Positions 57,282 through 64,000 of a stretch of DNA of 64,000 nt are shown piece after piece (position 1 is the first letter of the stretch; each line of letters starts with the position of its first letter). Position numbers and translations under genes: made by a program. The DNA is from an uncultured Erysipelotrichaceae bacterium (GTDB lineage Bacteria > Bacillota_I > Bacilli_A > RFN20 > CAG-826): NCBI GenBank assembly GCA_902791935.1, contig CADAXQ010000003.1:14585-78584 (forward strand), given 5' to 3'. The notes under the pieces are model-generated. The model was not told the DNA's origin. It ran no database searches and worked only from the letters and a program-made list of their open reading frames with translations.

Positions 57282-58433
57282 TCAATGTTTTTTGGACTTT
57301 TTGGATTCGTAAAGCCGTTTATCCGCTGCAAGGAATGCTTCCTTGGTATAGGAATCAGGCGAAGCAACAACTCCATAGGATAACGTGACGGCTGGAATCT
57401 TTTCAGAAGCGGTAGAAAGATCGCGATTCAATTCTTCCATGGTCTTTAAGAATTCTGATTCTCTCGCAATTGCGTCATTCGCATAGCAAATGATGGAAAA
57501 TTCATCACCACCAACACGGAAAACTAAGCAATCGTGCGGGAAATGATAAAGCATACGATCAGCGGTACGCTGCAAAATTTCATCGCCAATCGCATGGCCA
57601 TAATGGTCATTGATGGCCTTAAAGCGATCAATATCCACTAACGCAAAGATAATCGGTTTCTTCGCTTCGTTGAGTTCGCTACTGAGTCTCTGGAAGCCAC
57701 GACGGTTGTATAAATTCGTTAAGCTGTCGTGTTCGGCATCATATTGCATTTTGTCTTCTCTTTCTTTATAGGTAGAAGACTGGAAATACATGTAAAAGAA
57801 AATCAAGGCATAGATTAAGATTTGCCCACGTGAGAAGCCGGGATAAATAATCCAGAACACCAATGATGTGATGCAGAACGCCGCGGCAACAAACACGGTT
57901 ACGCTTTCTAGCACGGCACGCTTTTTGATGTTCAAGATGGTGTTCACCACGATGAACAAAATATAGAACGCTTCGGCTACAACGAAGGTATAGCCATACG
58001 GCGCAAACCGTTGTAATAGATGACCAGATTCGTCAAAGGCGACGACATTCGGATTCATTAAGGCGGCGATATAAACGCCCCAGGTATAAAGCATGGGCAG
58101 CAACAAGAATAAATAACGTTTCTTCAAAAACGGGGGGCGTAAGGAAATGTATGCAACCACACAAGTGGCCCCAATTTCGAAAAAAAGGCTTAGTGTTGTT
58201 AAGATTTGTCTGCACTGCGAAGCGCCTTCGCTATCGCCAATAAAATCTGAGGCATACATCGAGAACGTTTGCGTCACGCAAGTAAATAATGCCAAGATGG
58301 TGGCCGACAAGAACAAGACCCGCAAAGTGGTCTTCATCGACCGATTCATGATGAGCGATACGAAAAGCATCACGATTCCAACGAGTGGAATGTAGAAGTC
58401 ATAGAATGTTTGGAACCAGCTGGAATCAATCAT
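57282..58433 (-). CDS. membrane-anchored diguanylate cyclase (GGDEF)
   Basis: Six N-terminal TMs. GGDEF domain with RGFQRL...VDIDRFKAINDHYGH...RVGGDEFSII (intact GGDEF). Confidence 0.85.
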   Translation of the reverse strand: MIDSSWFQTFYDFYIPLVGIVMLFVSLIMNRSMKTTLRVLFLSATILALFTCVTQTFSMYASDFIGDSEGASQCRQILTTLSLFFEIGATCVVAYISLRPPFLKKRYLFLLLPMLYTWGVYIAALMNPNVVAFDESGHLLQRFAPYGYTFVVAEAFYILFIVVNTILNIKKRAVLESVTVFVAAAFCITSLVFWIIYPGFSRGQILIYALIFFYMYFQSSTYKEREDKMQYDAEHDSLTNLYNRRGFQRLSSELNEAKKPIIFALVDIDRFKAINDHYGHAIGDEILQRTADRMLYHFPHDCLVFRVGGDEFSIICYANDAIARESEFLKTMEELNRDLSTASEKIPAVTLSYGVVASPDSYTKEAFLAADKRLYESKKSKKH

Positions 58434-58880
58434 CTTCTTGAATTATAGGACGGAATTTAGCCTTTGGCATTCGCTTTGAACGAAGGCTGTTTTGTGGGCG
58501 CATATCAACGATATGTTGTGAAAAGAATACCGCAAAAATTTGTTGTGTAGCATAAAAAATGCATTTTTTTGAAAAAATTCTTTTCAATGCGATAAAAAAT
58601 GCACTATTTTCGGATAAAAAGAGAGAAAAAGTTTCCTTGGCATCGATAACAAAAAGCAAAAAACACCATTTTTCCACCAACGCAGTGATTTCGCGATATA
58701 GTCGCCATATTTTTCACAAAAGACCGACATTTGCTTGTATTTTTTTAGTCCCGAAGAAAATGACGTGTGAATTTGGGAGGAATCATTGGCCTTTTCTTTC
58801 GATTTGTATTCCGTTTTCGTTGAAAGCCGTTGTGCTTTCTCGTTTAATAATGGCGCGCGAAGGAAAGGAGGCCCTCTTCT

Positions 58881-61676
58881 ATGTTGAAACTAGACCACAT
58901 TACGAAAGTCTATCAGACCAAAGAAATGAAAGTTGAGGCCTTGAAAGGCATCTCTTTAGCATTCCGAAAAAATGAGTTTGTATCGATATTGGGTCCTTCT
59001 GGCTGTGGCAAGACCACAACTTTAAACATCATTGGCGGCTTAGACCATGCGACCGATGGAGATTTAATGATTGGCGGCGTCTCCACCAAAAAGTTCACTG
59101 ACCATGATTGGGACGTTTACCGCAATCACCGAATCGGTTTCATTTTTCAGTCTTATAACTTAATCCCCCAAGAAAACATTCAAGAGAATGTGGAATTGGC
59201 GTTAGCCATCAGCGGCTTAAAGAAAGAAGAACGGCAACGCCGTGCGCGTGAAGCTCTCAATCAAGTCGGCTTGCAAGGGATGTATTCGAAAAAGCCGAAC
59301 GAACTATCAGGCGGGCAGTGCCAACGAGTGGCCATCGCACGTGCGTTGGTCAACGAACCCGATATTTTGTTAGCCGATGAACCAACGGGTGCTTTAGACT
59401 CTGTAACCTCCGTTCAAATCATGGATCTCATTAAGAAGATCTCTGAGAAAAAGTTGGTCATCATGGTTACCCATAACCCTGATTTGGCGAAAAAATATTC
59501 GACCCGTATCATTAATTTGTTAGATGGTCGCGTTGTGGGGGATAGCAATCCCTATTCTTTTGAAGAAGAAGCACAAGAATATGCCGTAGCCCCCGTCTTA
59601 ACGGAAGAACAAATCGCCCGCGAGAAAGCGAAGATGTCTTGGTGGACGGCATTTAAGCTTTCGGCCAAGAACCTTTGGGTCAAAGCAAAACGGACCACGA
59701 TGATTGTGTTAGCGTCATCTATCGGTATCGTTGGGGTATCCGCTGTTTTAGCCGTATCGCAAGGCGTCACTGGCTATATCACCGGCATGCAAGACGATAT
59801 GCTTTCAGGCAACCCCGTAACCGTCGAAGAAAACGCCATCGACTTATCGAACTTGATACAAGGCGCGACAGCCAGCACACAAACGCAAGTCGTAAAAGAT
59901 TCATGGCAAGATGGCAAGATCAACGTTCAATTCATGATTGAGCAACTGATTAACATGTCGACCAGCCTTTCTTCCGCCACCATTCAAAATAACATCACAG
60001 AAGATTATGTCCAGTTCGTTCGGGATATGCCGAGTGATTATTATCGCGCCATGGCAGAAGAATATGGCATCGATGTCCGTAATAACCTTTATACGCATAC
60101 GGACATTCGCTTAGATGGCTATAGCGATGATGCATTAAAAAAACAAAAATATTCCGTTTCGGGCATCCTTTCCGTCTGCGCCACGATTCTTGAAAACCTA
60201 GAAAATGGCAAATTTGCTTCTTATACCTCGATGATTGGCCAATACGCGAACGGCATCGGTCAATGTTTGGAACAACAGGATTATGTCTTATCCGAATATA
60301 ACGTCGTTTCGGGCCGTTATGCGACTGGCGAAAACGAATTGATGTTAGTGCTCAATCACCGTAATGAACTCACCGACTTTAACTTAACGTTGCTTGGCTA
60401 CTACAGCCAAGATGAATTCGCGAATGCGATTTACCATTACGTCGGCTATGAAGACAAAGTGAATCAAGAATTGTGGCAAAAACAACAATCCATCACAGTC
60501 GATGAATTAATCGGTAAAGAATACACCTACTATCCGAATGATTCGATTTATTCCGCCAACCCTGATTACGACGTATCGAAGTATCAGTTAAAGCAATATA
60601 ACTATTCTTTTGTCGATGATGGTACTTTGCAAAACGGAGTGCCATTAAAAGTCGTCGGCATCCTTACGCCAAAAGATGGTGTGGATTATGGCTGCATGGA
60701 TTCGGGTCTTTATTACACGCCAGCCTTTGCCAAACGTTATTTAGCCGATAACTTAAATTCCACAATTACTACTTTTATCCGAAAATACTTAGCAGACAAT
60801 CCTAACGCATCTGGCTACACCTCCAGTTTGGTGCAAGTGCAAGGTGTGAATATGATTTCCGGGATTGGCTACGACTATCGTGTGCAATTCCCTGATGGCC
60901 TAGCCAGTGAAGACATTGATCCGAAGATCTTCCATGGCTATGGTTTGGTTGGCAATCAAAACGCCTTGCAAGGTATCCTTGCTGGAATGGCTGGCAGCAG
61001 TTCTGGTTCTAGCGACACCGGATTTAGCGTGGAGAAACTTGCGGTATTGGGTCTTCGTAATGTTGGTGGCGAAACCATTCCTGGCACCATCAAGATTTAT
61101 CCCAACAGCTTTAATGACAAAGATGAAGTTACGAATTACCTTGATCAATGGAAGAGCAATAAAGACATCACCTTATCCACTGGCAAAGTATTAACCGCGA
61201 AAGACCGTGATGACATCAAATATACCGATAACTTAGCCTTGGTGATTTCAATGATTAACAACATCGTGAACATTGTTACCATCGCCTTGGTTTGCTTTAC
61301 GGCGTTGTCGCTTGTGGTATCGACCGTCATGATTGGTATCATCACCTATGTATCCGTCATGGAACGGGTCAAAGAAATCGGGGTCATCCGTTCTTTGGGT
61401 GGCCGAAAACGCGATGTATCTCACCTCTTTAATGCCGAAACGGCAATTATTGGGGTTGCTTCAGGCATCTTTGGCCTCTTAGTTACCTATTTGATTGAGT
61501 TGATTTTAAATCTTGCGATTGGCATCCATTATGGGTTCTATGCGATTGCCAACCTTTCATGGTGGACGGCGTTAATCGTGTTCGTGATTGCGGTTCTCTT
61601 AACGATGATTGCCGGTATTCTTCCTGCTCGTTCGGCGGCCAGACAAGATCCCGTGGTGGCGTTACGTAGCGAATAA
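58881..61676 (+). CDS. fused ABC ATPase / FtsX-family permease (MacB-like)
   Basis: N-terminal NBD (GPSGCGKTT, LSGGQCQRVAIARAL, LLADEPTGALD), TM, ~450-aa extracytoplasmic domain, and C-terminal 3-TM FtsX domain. Confidence 0.8.
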   Translation: MLKLDHITKVYQTKEMKVEALKGISLAFRKNEFVSILGPSGCGKTTTLNIIGGLDHATDGDLMIGGVSTKKFTDHDWDVYRNHRIGFIFQSYNLIPQENIQENVELALAISGLKKEERQRRAREALNQVGLQGMYSKKPNELSGGQCQRVAIARALVNEPDILLADEPTGALDSVTSVQIMDLIKKISEKKLVIMVTHNPDLAKKYSTRIINLLDGRVVGDSNPYSFEEEAQEYAVAPVLTEEQIAREKAKMSWWTAFKLSAKNLWVKAKRTTMIVLASSIGIVGVSAVLAVSQGVTGYITGMQDDMLSGNPVTVEENAIDLSNLIQGATASTQTQVVKDSWQDGKINVQFMIEQLINMSTSLSSATIQNNITEDYVQFVRDMPSDYYRAMAEEYGIDVRNNLYTHTDIRLDGYSDDALKKQKYSVSGILSVCATILENLENGKFASYTSMIGQYANGIGQCLEQQDYVLSEYNVVSGRYATGENELMLVLNHRNELTDFNLTLLGYYSQDEFANAIYHYVGYEDKVNQELWQKQQSITVDELIGKEYTYYPNDSIYSANPDYDVSKYQLKQYNYSFVDDGTLQNGVPLKVVGILTPKDGVDYGCMDSGLYYTPAFAKRYLADNLNSTITTFIRKYLADNPNASGYTSSLVQVQGVNMISGIGYDYRVQFPDGLASEDIDPKIFHGYGLVGNQNALQGILAGMAGSSSGSSDTGFSVEKLAVLGLRNVGGETIPGTIKIYPNSFNDKDEVTNYLDQWKSNKDITLSTGKVLTAKDRDDIKYTDNLALVISMINNIVNIVTIALVCFTALSLVVSTVMIGIITYVSVMERVKEIGVIRSLGGRKRDVSHLFNAETAIIGVASGIFGLLVTYLIELILNLAIGIHYGFYAIANLSWWTALIVFVIAVLLTMIAGILPARSAARQDPVVALRSE

Positions 61677-61681
61677 TCGCT

Positions 61682-64000
<2,319 letters not shown>

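Overview
This 64-kb window reads as a chromosomal segment from a low-GC Gram-positive (Firmicutes-like) bacterium. Evidence for that placement: lipobox lipoproteins, an rpsF-ssb-rpsR operon, and gdpP-rplI-dnaB followed by yycJ-rlmH. 

Layout, start to end:
- 0-5.5 kb: a heterodimeric ABC exporter pair with one degenerate ATP site, then lysS.
- 5.6-8.0 kb: a visibly AT-rich island (not computed) holding an orphan AbrB/MazE-fold protein and an AbiEi/AbiEii (type IV TA / abortive-infection) pair.
- 8.0-16 kb: rpsF-ssb-rpsR, rmuC, gdpP, rplI, dnaB, yycJ, rlmH.
- 16-44 kb: a glycan (alpha-mannoside / N-glycan-like) utilisation region. It holds two paralogous cytoplasmic GH38 alpha-mannosidases on opposite strands, a ROK regulator, and a lone MsmX/MalK-like ABC ATPase. 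It also holds an SBP plus two permeases, followed by five large lipoprotein or secreted genes of unknown function.
- 45.1-45.5 kb: tmRNA (ssrA). A ~45-75 bp direct repeat of its 3' end and terminator brackets a 1.2-kb insertion that carries a single AAA+ ATPase.
- 47-64 kb: sugar-phosphate isomerase, a second DUF4143-type ATPase, a DUF362 protein, a nucleotidyltransferase coupled to a GH78-like hydrolase, a GH94/65-like hydrolase with a FucU/RbsD mutarotase, a GGDEF cyclase, a fused MacB-type ABC ATPase/permease, and a LacZ-type GH2 beta-galactosidase that runs off the window end.

I found no CRISPR array, integrase, transposase or rRNA/tRNA genes. The only RNA gene found is tmRNA.
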